NCBI GenBank assembly: GCA_019358915.1
Contig: JAHHIM010000006.1
Span: 1 to 64,000 of the forward strand
Direction: 5' to 3'
Length of the DNA stretch: 64,000 bases
Source: Trichormus sp. ATA11-4-KO1
GTDB lineage: Bacteria; Cyanobacteriota; Cyanobacteriia; Cyanobacteriales; Nostocaceae
Positions 33,213 through 43,146 of the stretch are shown in pieces (within the stretch, counting starts at the first letter, position 1; each line of letters begins with the position of its first letter). The notes beneath the pieces are model-generated. The model did not search any database. It saw only the letters and a program-made list of their open reading frames with translations, and was not told the origin of the DNA. Both the position numbers and the translations under genes were made by a program.

Positions 33213-34595
33213 GTGTCTCAACTGCCCTCTCAACCCACTGATAGTAATAGTAGTGCTACGACGGATGTCACACCAGTCGTGGCACTGAAAGAACTCGTGG
33301 CGCGGCTACATCGGGAACAGAACAAAATCCAAGATTTGCTAAGTTCTTTAGGATTTGCCCTCAGAAGCTTCAATAATTTGAACCAATTTTTGGAGCTGAT
33401 CCCACTGATGGCAACAAGAGTAACAGATGCAGATGGTAGTGCTTTGTTCCTCTATAAACCTAACGGTCAAATTAGGTTAGAGCAGCTACACTGGCAGGAT
33501 AGTCGCCAGCGTAAGAACATCCGTAAAGCCCTAGAAACAGCCAGTAGTCAAATTACGTTGATGTCCAATACAGCCCCGCTAACGACAGCGACAGGGATGT
33601 TGGATGACCAAATGCACCGTTACTTAGGCCCTGATGTGCAAATCTTTGGCACGGCGATTCTGGTGAAGCATACAGAACGGGGATGGCTTTATGTGTTAAG
33701 TCGTGATCCAGAATATACCTGGACAGAAACCAGGCAAAAGCTAGTTAGATTGGTGGCAGATCAAACGGCGGTAGCAATTGAAAACGATGAACTAGCAGTA
33801 GAACTCAGGAAAAAAGAACGCCTCGACCAAGAATTAGAAATTGGCGCAGAAATTCAACGGCGACTTTTGCCTCGTCAATGTCCAATTATTCCTGGTGCCT
33901 CTCTGGCTGCACGCTGTAAACCAGCCAATCGCGTTGGTGGAGATTACTACGACTTTATTCCCACCAATCACAATCAAATTCAGCCAAGTAAAACTGGTCA
34001 GGAAACTGGGCGCTGGAGTTTGGTAATTGGGGATGTAATGGGTAAAGGTGTCCCCGCCGGGCTGATTATGACCATGATGCGGGGAATGCTACGAGGAGAG
34101 GTGTTGCATGGTAATTCCCCATGTGGAATTCTGCAAAATTTGAATCGAGTCATGTACGCGGATTTGGAGAATTCCCACCGTTTTGTCACACTATTTTATT
34201 CTGAATATAATCCCCTCAATCGAGTTTTGTCTTACAGTAATGCAGCACATAACCCTCCTTTGTGGTGGCACGCAGCTACGAAAACTATCACCCGCTTGGA
34301 TACTTTGGGAATGTTGATTGGTTTAGATGCCAACAGCCAATATGAAGATGCCCAGGCACAGTTAGAGCCTGGGGATACAGTAATTTATTATACAGATGGT
34401 TTGACTGATGCGGCGGCTGCCAGTGGCGATCGCTTCGACGAAGAAAACTTTGTTGCGGCTTTTCATGCGGCTTGTAGGTATTGTAGCGGCCCACAAGAAA
34501 TTGTGGATTACCTGTTTGACCAAGTTTTGCAATTCATCGGTACTGAGAAGCAAAACACCGATGATATGACATTAGTTGTCCTGAAAATTCAATAG
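33213..34595 (+). CDS. GAF + PP2C (SpoIIE/RsbU-type) Ser/Thr phosphatase
   Basis: VGGDYYD, GDVMGKG, YTDGLTD and DDMT motifs. Confidence 0.92.
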   Translation: MSQLPSQPTDSNSSATTDVTPVVALKELVARLHREQNKIQDLLSSLGFALRSFNNLNQFLELIPLMATRVTDADGSALFLYKPNGQIRLEQLHWQDSRQRKNIRKALETASSQITLMSNTAPLTTATGMLDDQMHRYLGPDVQIFGTAILVKHTERGWLYVLSRDPEYTWTETRQKLVRLVADQTAVAIENDELAVELRKKERLDQELEIGAEIQRRLLPRQCPIIPGASLAARCKPANRVGGDYYDFIPTNHNQIQPSKTGQETGRWSLVIGDVMGKGVPAGLIMTMMRGMLRGEVLHGNSPCGILQNLNRVMYADLENSHRFVTLFYSEYNPLNRVLSYSNAAHNPPLWWHAATKTITRLDTLGMLIGLDANSQYEDAQAQLEPGDTVIYYTDGLTDAAAASGDRFDEENFVAAFHAACRYCSGPQEIVDYLFDQVLQFIGTEKQNTDDMTLVVLKIQ

Positions 34596-34614
34596 TTGGT
34601 GGGATTAAATTTGC

Positions 34615-34664
34615 TTGTAGCGAGGAATTTAGGTCTATTTTGAGGACTAAAGTCCTCACTACAA
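34615..34664. repeat. Palindromic dispersed repeat (AGGACTAAAGTCCTCACTAC family); possible bidirectional terminator
   Basis: TTGTAGCGAGGAATTTAG...CTAAAGTCCTCACTACAA; related copies at 50529-50553 and 59431-59481. Confidence 0.7.
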
Positions 34665-34668
34665 ACAT

Positions 34669-36870
34669 TTAAACTGCCGTCATTTCCAGTTCTGAATGAG
34701 ATAAAGCACCAAAAAAGTCATAGCGATCGAGTGCTTCTAAAATTCCCCAGGCATACTGTCCTTGGGCAAAGTAAATTTGTGGATAGCCACGCAACCTTTC
34801 AATTTCTTGGCTGTAGTTGCCCACCACCACAGCTAGGGTGTTCCCAGCCAGCATGGATTCATCATTCCCTGATGCACCTGCTACCAAAAATCGTTTGATT
34901 GGTAATCCCCATTTCAAGGCACAATAACGAATAGCATCTCCTTTGGAAGCCCGAATAGGTAACAAATCAAGATACATATTATGGCTGTAAATTCCTTTGA
35001 CATGCAGCCTACGCCGTCGCAGATGACGCATGATTTCCTTGAAGCTGACAGATTTTGCTTCATCGATAAAGTAGCTAAGTTTAAACTTACCTTGGGCTTC
35101 CGGGGGTTGCAGCATCACTCCCGGTAGTTCTTCCATCGCTTGACGAACAGCATCAGCGTTCCAATGGTAACTAATGTGTCTTTGCCAGTTCGTATCTGGT
35201 ACTACCTGAGGTCCATAATAAATTTCGCTACCTGCTGAGACAATTAGCAAGTCTGGCCTGGGGAATTGCCATTCTTCTAACATCTGTAAGGAACTTTCCA
35301 GGTTACGCCCGGTAGCAATTCCCACTCCGGTTGAGTGACCTTCATTATGCAATCGCTCAATCAGTTTGTGTAGAGCTTCTTGGTCGCCTAATAAAGTATT
35401 ATCGATTTCGCAAACCAGAAAACGATCTGCGGTTGGTAAGCGATTTTGGTCGGGGATGTTCCAATCAGGTAAATCGGTTGCTAAAGCTTTTGGTAGGGGG
35501 CTGAGTACAGATTTAACTCGTCGTTGTGGTAATTGCTGCACCTGTTCCAGATAGCGTTCTACATGACTATCCCAAGAAAAATTCTCTCGGACTCTATCCA
35601 ATCCATTCGTAGACCAACGCTGCCATTGTTCAGTATCAGTTAGGGCTGTCCGCAGTGCATCTTGAATCTGTTGAATATCGAGTGGGTCAATTAACATCCC
35701 ATTATCGCAAGCCGCTAGGATATCTCGCGGTCCACCATCTGATGTAGCGATAATTGGTACACCGCAGGCGGTAGCTTCAATCAAGGTCAAACCAAATGGT
35801 TCAGTTAATGCCGGATTGATAAAAACTCCCCGTGTTTTTGCCAATAATCGATATAGTTCAGGAACTTCATCGGATTTGTGGTGTTTGGGGTAGGCAACGT
35901 ACCCATAAAGGTCGTAGCGGTCTATTAACTGGAAGATTTCTGTGAGTACCTGGCGCGGGCCTGATTCCATCGTAGTGATGTCATCTCGGTTACCTAAGAC
36001 AAGAACTAAGTTCGCTAAGTGACGCAACTGTGGATCTTCACCATAGGCTTTAACGAGAGTGCCGACATTTTTCCGCATCGCCGGGCGAGAAAGTGCCATA
36101 ATTATTGGCTTTTGAGGATTTTTGAGAAATCTTTGCAAATCCTCATAAATGGGTGGTTCCTGCCAATTTTTAGGAACAGGGTAAAAGTTTTTGAGTGCTA
36201 CCCCAGGAGGAATGACAACCATGCGATTTGGCTGATAGTGGTCGTAAACGCCATACTGCTGGGTGACTTCTTGATGAGTACTGGCGATAACTAATGCTGC
36301 ACTCGCCAATGTGTTTTCTTCGGCTTCAATTCGTGTACTAATATGAAAATTACTTTCAATGGTTTCCCGTTTGGTTCCCTGCTCTAACAGTCGTTGTTGT
36401 TTGATCCGTCCGAGAGAGTGACCAGTATGCACCAGTGGAACACCTAACCAACCGGCGACTCGACAACCCACATATCCAGCATCGGCATAATGGCTATGAA
36501 TTACATGGGGTAATTTTCCCACCTGACGCAGATGTTTGAGTAACTCATCTGCAAAGTTATCTAAATGTGGCCAGAGAACTTCTTTGCGGAGATAGCGACG
36601 TGGCCCGCAGTTAAGGCGAATAATTTGGGCTTTGTCAGAAAGAACTTCTACGGGTTGGGCGTAGTCGGAGCTAACTTTGGGATCGTTGACTAAACGGGTT
36701 ACCAGGTCTACACGTTCTACTTCTGGGTGTGCGGCTAAGGCTTCAGCGAGTTCTAGGACATATTTAATTTGTCCGCCCGTGTCAGCATCTCGTCCTAATT
36801 CTAAATTTTTACCCCGGATTAAGCCGTGAACGCTAACTAGTAGAATATACAACCCTGGGCTATTTGACAT
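34669..36870 (-). CDS. sps: Sucrose-phosphate synthase, bidomain (GT4 + SPP-like HAD)
   Basis: HGLIRG...ELGRDADTGGQIKYV, HYADAG, HTGHSLG and EPFGLTLIEA motifs; C-terminal HAD-like domain. Confidence 0.93.
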   Translation of the reverse strand: MSNSPGLYILLVSVHGLIRGKNLELGRDADTGGQIKYVLELAEALAAHPEVERVDLVTRLVNDPKVSSDYAQPVEVLSDKAQIIRLNCGPRRYLRKEVLWPHLDNFADELLKHLRQVGKLPHVIHSHYADAGYVGCRVAGWLGVPLVHTGHSLGRIKQQRLLEQGTKRETIESNFHISTRIEAEENTLASAALVIASTHQEVTQQYGVYDHYQPNRMVVIPPGVALKNFYPVPKNWQEPPIYEDLQRFLKNPQKPIIMALSRPAMRKNVGTLVKAYGEDPQLRHLANLVLVLGNRDDITTMESGPRQVLTEIFQLIDRYDLYGYVAYPKHHKSDEVPELYRLLAKTRGVFINPALTEPFGLTLIEATACGVPIIATSDGGPRDILAACDNGMLIDPLDIQQIQDALRTALTDTEQWQRWSTNGLDRVRENFSWDSHVERYLEQVQQLPQRRVKSVLSPLPKALATDLPDWNIPDQNRLPTADRFLVCEIDNTLLGDQEALHKLIERLHNEGHSTGVGIATGRNLESSLQMLEEWQFPRPDLLIVSAGSEIYYGPQVVPDTNWQRHISYHWNADAVRQAMEELPGVMLQPPEAQGKFKLSYFIDEAKSVSFKEIMRHLRRRRLHVKGIYSHNMYLDLLPIRASKGDAIRYCALKWGLPIKRFLVAGASGNDESMLAGNTLAVVVGNYSQEIERLRGYPQIYFAQGQYAWGILEALDRYDFFGALSHSELEMTAV

Positions 36871-37144
36871 TTTGCATTCCTCAATTTTACTGCATTACAG
36901 CCCGGGAACAGCTTCTCATACACATAGCTGTTGACCGCTACAGATTAGTAAAAAAAATTATGCTGATGTTTACAGATTATAAAACAAATGCGCCAAATTA
37001 TAACAGCTATATTAAAGGCGCGACAGTAGCGCATCAAAAAGCCCAAGGGTAAGGTAAAAGATGAAAGTGTCTTAAGAGTTACAGTATCTTTAGCTTCATC
37101 TCTGCAAAAAGGCGATTGTTCTTTGATGAACAATCGCCAAAGCT

Positions 37145-37828
37145 TCATTTACGTTCAAGCAATAAAAAAGCGCATTTGACTGGCATTGCTCCCCAACTGA
37201 TGTTAATTTCTTGACAAACCTCGGAATTAAAACCTGCTTTGTCTATAAGTTGGTAAATATGAGCCAAATCACACATCTCGTAGTCAACAGCTAACAATAT
37301 ATGCCCATCTTCAGCCAAACGATTATTACAATCTGCTAAAAATTGTGTCAGATATTTATAATCTGGATCAAAACCAGCTCGAAATTTTACCTCATCAATT
37401 CCGCCAGGATTTTCTTTAAAAAATGGGATATTCCAAAAAATAATATCAAATTGTCCTTCTGGGACGTTCTCAAATAAACTACCTTGGTAAATATCACACT
37501 CTACACCCCACCATAAAGCATTAGCTTTGGCATTCAAGGCAGCCATCGGAGCAATATCTGAGGCACTGGCTACTACTCCCTTCATTTTGGCAACTGTTAA
37601 GATAGCGGCACCAGTACCCATGCCCATTTCAAATACTCGGCATTGATTCTTGCTTTGCAGACAATTATTTGCTAATCCTTCGATTAATTCGGAAATTGTA
37701 GGAGTATTGTAAGTTGGCGGAAAAACTGTAGGCAATACAATTACCTCACTACCACGAAAATCAAAAATCCCATAGGGACTTTGATTAATGTATTCTTTGC
37801 CTATTTTAGCCAGTTCTAATTTATCCAT
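37145..37828 (-). CDS. Class I SAM-dependent methyltransferase, HemK/PrmC-like
   Basis: VFEMGMGTG motif I, GSLFE and FDIIFWNIPF (NPPY-like) motifs. ATG 37828 preferred. Confidence 0.8.
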   Translation of the reverse strand: MDKLELAKIGKEYINQSPYGIFDFRGSEVIVLPTVFPPTYNTPTISELIEGLANNCLQSKNQCRVFEMGMGTGAAILTVAKMKGVVASASDIAPMAALNAKANALWWGVECDIYQGSLFENVPEGQFDIIFWNIPFFKENPGGIDEVKFRAGFDPDYKYLTQFLADCNNRLAEDGHILLAVDYEMCDLAHIYQLIDKAGFNSEVCQEINISWGAMPVKCAFLLLERK

Positions 37829-38408
37829 TTTCACGATCCAAATACCGAATTTCAATTGTAAACAAAAGTAGCTATTTTAACTAAGTACAACACAAATTGG
37901 AATGGCAATAAGAGCAATTAAATGAGTCACTTACTTGCTAAACATCTAATTTTCAGTTTGTTAACGCCAGCAATATGCAAAGAACCACTATGTATTTTTT
38001 GAGATTACTTTGAATATCTCAAGACAATGAACTAATTATAAGCATATACACTGATTTTTGTTCAAAAAGGGATACAAAAAAATTGAAACTTCACTGAATC
38101 TTGATAAATCAACCCAAGCGATCACCTGGGTTGGAGTACAGCCCATCGTGCATTTGTGCATCGATCATCTTGACTTTTATCAGTTTATGTGGGGCGTTTG
38201 GGGGAGTATACTATTTCTTACCTTTGCTATTTGTACTAAACCTACTGGGATTAGATGAAATTAAAATCACTGACAAAGCTAAATTACAGGTTTTTTGTCT
38301 AGGCTGATTCTGATAAGTTAGTAAACTAAATAACTGGCAATGCTTTCCAGGCTTCCTGAATCGGCGGGATGTTGATGAAAGTAAGCACAATTGATTAAAT
38401 ATAAACTT

Positions 38409-40259
38409 ATGGCGCTCATAGTTCAAAAATACGGTGGTACATCTGTCGGTTCAGTAGAACGTATTCAAGCTGTTGCACAGCGTGTTTATCAGACTGTAAA
38501 AGCAGGAAACTCTCTGGTAGTAGTGGTTTCCGCAATGGGCAAAACCACCGATGGACTCGTCAAAATAGCTAATGAAATTTCTCCAAATCCCAACCGTCGG
38601 GAAATGGATATGCTGCTTTCTACTGGTGAGCAAGTCACCATTGCCTTGGTAAGTATGGCATTGCAAGAAATTGGACAGCCAGCAATTTCTATGACTGGCG
38701 CTCAAGTAGGAATTGTCACCGAAGCTGAACATACCCGCGCCCGAATTTTGCACATTGAAACTAATCGCCTGAGTCGCCATATTCATCAAGGGAAGGTAGT
38801 TGTAGTAGCTGGATTTCAAGGCATATCCAGCCTTAGAGATATGGAAATTACCACATTAGGTCGCGGTGGTTCCGACACATCAGCAGTGGCTCTAGCTGCG
38901 GCATTGCAGGCAGACTTTTGTGAAATTTATACAGATGTACCAGGGATTTTAACTACAGATCCCCGCTTGGTTCCCGAAGCCCAGTTGATGGATGAAATCA
39001 CCTGCAATGAAATGCTAGAACTGGCAAGCTTAGGAGCAAAAGTACTGCATCCCCGCGCAGTGGAAATTGCCCGCAACTATGGTGTTCCCCTAGTGGTGAG
39101 GTCTAGTTGGACAGATGCTGCTGGGACTTGGGTCAGATCACCCAAACACCAAGAGCGATCGCTAGTGAATTTAGAAATCGCCCGTCCCGTAGATAATGTA
39201 GAATTTGACACAGACCAAGCAAAGGTGGCACTGTTGCGCGTACCCGATAAACCAGGAGTCGCCGCCAAGTTATTTGGGGAAATATCCCGGCAAGGTGTAG
39301 ACGTAGATTTAATTATTCAATCAATCCACGAAGGTAATAGTAACGACATTGCTTTTACCGTCACCACACCAATATTAAAGCGGGCAGAAGCAGTAGCAGC
39401 AGCGATCGCCCCAGCACTGAGGAGTCAATCTCACCCTAAATCTGACGAAGCAGAAGTGATGGTAGAACAGAACATTGCTAAAGTCAGTATTGCTGGCGCA
39501 GGCATGATTGGCCGTCCTGGAGTAGCAGCCAAAATGTTTGCCACCTTAGCGGAAGCAGAAGTAAACATCCAGATGATTTCCACCAGTGAAGTCAAAGTCA
39601 GTTGTGTAGTAGATGCAACAGAATGCGATCGCGCCGTTGCTGCATTGCGTAAAGCCTTTGAGATTGAAGCAGATAAGGGGACAAGGGGACAAGGAAGACA
39701 AAAAGAAACTTTCTACACTCAGCACTCAGCACTTAGCACTCAGCACTCACCCCCCCCCGTTCGTGGCGTTGCTTTAGATATGAACCAAGCACGTCTAGCC
39801 ATTCGCCAAGTACCAGATCGGTCGGGGATGGCGGCGAGATTGTTTGGACTATTAGCACAGCACAACATCAGCGTTGACATGATCATTCAATCTCAACGCT
39901 GTCGCATAGTTGATGGGATTCCCAGACGCGATATTGCCTTCACAGTCTCGCGGATAGATGGGGAAAGTACACAAAAAATACTCACCCAAGTAGCAGCAGA
40001 ATTAGGATGGGGTGAAGTTGTGTTAGATAATGCGATCGCTAAGGTCAGTATTGTTGGTGCAGGGATGGTAGGACAGCCAGGTATTGCCGCTAAAATGTTT
40101 GAAGCTTTAGCCCAACACCAAATTAATATTCAAATGATTGCTACCTCAGAAATCAAAATTAGCTGTGTTGTGGCACAAGAACAAGGTGTTAAAGCTTTGC
40201 AATTGATTCACGCTGCTTTTGGGCTAGCTGGGAGCGAAAAATTTATAATACCAGCTTAG
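38409..40259 (+). CDS. lysC: Aspartate kinase (cyanobacterial type, four ACT domains)
   Basis: VQKYGGTSV, TLGRGGSDTSA and TDVPG motifs; duplicated ACT pairs. ATG 38409. Confidence 0.96.
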   Translation: MALIVQKYGGTSVGSVERIQAVAQRVYQTVKAGNSLVVVVSAMGKTTDGLVKIANEISPNPNRREMDMLLSTGEQVTIALVSMALQEIGQPAISMTGAQVGIVTEAEHTRARILHIETNRLSRHIHQGKVVVVAGFQGISSLRDMEITTLGRGGSDTSAVALAAALQADFCEIYTDVPGILTTDPRLVPEAQLMDEITCNEMLELASLGAKVLHPRAVEIARNYGVPLVVRSSWTDAAGTWVRSPKHQERSLVNLEIARPVDNVEFDTDQAKVALLRVPDKPGVAAKLFGEISRQGVDVDLIIQSIHEGNSNDIAFTVTTPILKRAEAVAAAIAPALRSQSHPKSDEAEVMVEQNIAKVSIAGAGMIGRPGVAAKMFATLAEAEVNIQMISTSEVKVSCVVDATECDRAVAALRKAFEIEADKGTRGQGRQKETFYTQHSALSTQHSPPPVRGVALDMNQARLAIRQVPDRSGMAARLFGLLAQHNISVDMIIQSQRCRIVDGIPRRDIAFTVSRIDGESTQKILTQVAAELGWGEVVLDNAIAKVSIVGAGMVGQPGIAAKMFEALAQHQINIQMIATSEIKISCVVAQEQGVKALQLIHAAFGLAGSEKFIIPA

Positions 40260-40278
40260 TTGGGAATAGGGAATGTGG

Positions 40279-40321
40279 GGGAAAGAACTTATATTAGTAA
40301 TCTCCTCTGCTCCCTTGTCCC
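40279..40321. repeat. Dispersed ~44-bp repeat, copy 2 (after the lysC stop)
   Basis: Matches 4603-4646 apart from one C. Confidence 0.8.
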
Positions 40322-40422
40322 CACTCCCCTTGTCCCCACTCCCCACTCCCCAGTGATTCAGACTACAATTCTTGTAACGAATCTGGCAATAGGGTGTTAT
40401 AAGTAGGATCACTGAGGAATTT

Positions 40423-42492
40423 ATGAATGGTCAAATTCTGGATGCACGTTATCAAATCCTGAAAGTCCTGAATGTGGACGAGGTGATACAAACTTATTTA
40501 GTTGAAGATGCTATCCTTCCGGGTAGCCAGTTTGTAGTAAAGCAGCTACATCCTGCTAGTGATCATCTCCATGATTTAACAGGTCTGCAAAGCTTATTTG
40601 CAGATGAAGCAAAAACCTTACAGCAACTAGGTCAAGAATATGACCAAATTCAAAAGCTGGTTGCTTATTTTGAAGAAAATAAAGAATTTTATTTAGTCCA
40701 AGAATTCATTAATGGTAATAATTTAACCGAGGAAATTCTACTAGGAACACCTTTAACAGAAGAAGAGGTAATTAGTTTTTTATCAGAAGTATTAGCAATT
40801 TTGGAATTTGTCCATAGTCGTGGAGTAATTCACCGGGACATTAAACCAGCAAATATTATTCGTCGAGAGTCAGATAAGAAGTTAGTTTTGGTTGACTTTG
40901 GTGCTGTTCAGGAAGTTGTCACGACGATAGTTGGTAATCTTGAATATGTGCCAGTGGAACAATTGCGTGGTGAACCCCAATATAATAGCGATATATATGC
41001 TTTAGGTATAGTTGCGATCGCGGCACTTATCGGCCTACCCGCAAACGAAATATCTAGATTACAAAATCAAAAAAGTTTGCTGACTGGTGAAATCGTTTGG
41101 CATGATAAAAATATCAAAGTCAGTAGACAACTAGCAAAAATTATTAACAAAATGGTGCGCTTTGATTACCGTAAGCGCTACCAATCTGTCACTGAGGTTT
41201 TAAATGACCTACAGGAGTTAACAACTGATAAACATCCCCAGCCAAAACAGAATCAGATAAAAATTTGGCTAATTATGGCAGGGATAGCCAGCTGTATCAC
41301 AATTGGTTTGGTAACATGGTTTTTCCAGTCATCTCAACCTGTAGTGACTGCGGTGAATTCTGAGCAACTATACCAAGAGGGAGTGAGAAAATATCAAGCA
41401 GGAAAGTATCAAGCAGCAGTTGATGATTTCACTCAGGCTATTGAACTCGATCCCCAAAATGCACTAGCCTACAATAAACGAGGTAATGCATTTTATCAGT
41501 TAGGAAACTATCAGCAAGCACAAGCAGACTCTAGCAAAGCAATTTCGCTGAATCCTCAAAATGCCAATGCATATTATGACCGAGGATTTTCATTATATGA
41601 ATTAGGCAAATACAAAGAAGCGATCGCTGATTATACCAAAGCAATTGAATTAAATGCTAAGAATGCCTACGCATACTATGGACGGGGTTTAGCTCGTGTA
41701 CAGATGAAGGATAATAAAGGAGCAAACGCAGATTTTAGTACAGCGATCAGACTGCAACCTGACTATACTGAAGCCTATTTGCAAAGAGGTATTCTCCGCC
41801 GTCGCCTCAAAATTCAAAAAACAGCAATGCAAGATTTTGAAGCAATAATTAATCTTGATGCCAATGATGCTAGACCTTATTATCAAATAGGTTTAATCCA
41901 CGCTAGCAATAATCAAAAATACGCAGCTATTAGAGAATATACCCAAGCAATTAATCGCAATCCTAATTATGCAGCAGCTTATCTTAATCGAGGTGATCTG
42001 TATAGTGAAATGGGGTATAGACTAGAAGCTAATGAAGATTACAATACAGTTTTACAGTTAAATCCTCAGTGGGCAGCAGCTTATAATCATAGAGGTATGC
42101 ACCGCTTTTCCTTTGGCAATTATCAAGGGGCTATTGAAGATCATACCAAAGCCATCGAACTTAATTCCAAAGATGCTGCGGCTTACAACAACCGTGGTAA
42201 TGTTAATCTCCAACTGGGAAACCATCAAGCGGCCCATGAAGATTACTCTCAGGCGATCGCTATTAATTCTAAATATGGTTTAGCCTATTATAATCGCGGT
42301 GTAACTCGCACAAGACAAGGAAATAAACAAGGTGCGATCGCAGATTTTAAACAAGCGGTAAGGCTATTTCAACAAACAGGACAAAGAGAAAGTCTAAAAG
42401 ATGCACAACGGGAACTTAACTTATTGCAAAATAGACCAACACCTGTTACCACACCTAGTCCTATACCTAGTCCTACACGTAGAAGGAGATAA
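40423..42492 (+). CDS. Hanks-type Ser/Thr kinase domain + TM + TPR array
   Basis: HRDIKPAN, DFG and SDIYALG motifs; one TM segment; about ten TPR units (AYNxRG / AIxLNP). Confidence 0.9.
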   Translation: MNGQILDARYQILKVLNVDEVIQTYLVEDAILPGSQFVVKQLHPASDHLHDLTGLQSLFADEAKTLQQLGQEYDQIQKLVAYFEENKEFYLVQEFINGNNLTEEILLGTPLTEEEVISFLSEVLAILEFVHSRGVIHRDIKPANIIRRESDKKLVLVDFGAVQEVVTTIVGNLEYVPVEQLRGEPQYNSDIYALGIVAIAALIGLPANEISRLQNQKSLLTGEIVWHDKNIKVSRQLAKIINKMVRFDYRKRYQSVTEVLNDLQELTTDKHPQPKQNQIKIWLIMAGIASCITIGLVTWFFQSSQPVVTAVNSEQLYQEGVRKYQAGKYQAAVDDFTQAIELDPQNALAYNKRGNAFYQLGNYQQAQADSSKAISLNPQNANAYYDRGFSLYELGKYKEAIADYTKAIELNAKNAYAYYGRGLARVQMKDNKGANADFSTAIRLQPDYTEAYLQRGILRRRLKIQKTAMQDFEAIINLDANDARPYYQIGLIHASNNQKYAAIREYTQAINRNPNYAAAYLNRGDLYSEMGYRLEANEDYNTVLQLNPQWAAAYNHRGMHRFSFGNYQGAIEDHTKAIELNSKDAAAYNNRGNVNLQLGNHQAAHEDYSQAIAINSKYGLAYYNRGVTRTRQGNKQGAIADFKQAVRLFQQTGQRESLKDAQRELNLLQNRPTPVTTPSPIPSPTRRRR

Positions 42493-42500
42493 AAATTCAA

Positions 42501-43139
42501 CTATAACTGACAAATTGCTTTGAGAACTTGCAGTAACTCAATTGCAGAAGTAACGTGAGTTATATCTAGTTTTGGTATTAATTGATAAATTGGCGGATTA
42601 CCTTGCTGCATATAGACGAATTGGTAATCCATACCATTGGTAGTCAAACCCCAAACGGATGTTTGATGTTCTAGGCTTGCATAGGCATAGGTAAGTAATT
42701 GTGGTAATCCTTCCAAAGCGTTAATACTACTGTTTTTAGATTCAATTACTAAGATCCAAAATGGTGTATTGATTGTTTTTTCTTGTAACTTATTAACAGC
42801 TAATATATCCATCCGTCCTTTGATGTTTGTATCTTCATCTTCAACGGAAATTTCAGCAACATTTTCTTCTAAAGTAATCTTAATATTAGGCTGATAAAAG
42901 CCAGCTAACTTCATTAAGGGTGCGAGGAAGAGAAATTTGATTTGTCCTTCCGAAATTTTGCCATCCGCATAGTATTCGCGAAAAATATGACTGATTAATT
43001 CTACTTCTTGTATCTCAAATTCTGATAGAGATTCTAGGGATAGTAAAGATGTAATTGAGTCATTCAACTGTTCTGAAAATTTTAACAGTCGCTGAACATC
43101 TTTTAGTCTGAGGTTGCTTGCATCTAAGGTAGTAGTCAT
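42501..43139 (-). CDS. PD-(D/E)xK nuclease-fold protein (type I restriction R-subunit N-terminal-like)
   Basis: GRMDIL...VIESK...PQLLTY...GLTTNG motifs. Confidence 0.75.
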   Translation of the reverse strand: MTTTLDASNLRLKDVQRLLKFSEQLNDSITSLLSLESLSEFEIQEVELISHIFREYYADGKISEGQIKFLFLAPLMKLAGFYQPNIKITLEENVAEISVEDEDTNIKGRMDILAVNKLQEKTINTPFWILVIESKNSSINALEGLPQLLTYAYASLEHQTSVWGLTTNGMDYQFVYMQQGNPPIYQLIPKLDITHVTSAIELLQVLKAICQL

Positions 43140-43146
43140 TTATTGA

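Noticed and set aside
36864..37148. 62-aa and 67-aa ORFs between sps and the methyltransferase
   Set aside because: No recognisable motifs; likely the sps promoter region, though the 4-bp overlap of the 67-aa ORF with the methyltransferase stop leaves slight doubt.
38058..38426. Short ORFs upstream of lysC; AITWVGVQPIVHL faintly recalls an ISAzo13 transposase tail
   Set aside because: The match is too short to support without a search, and the ORFs overlap each other and lack convincing starts.
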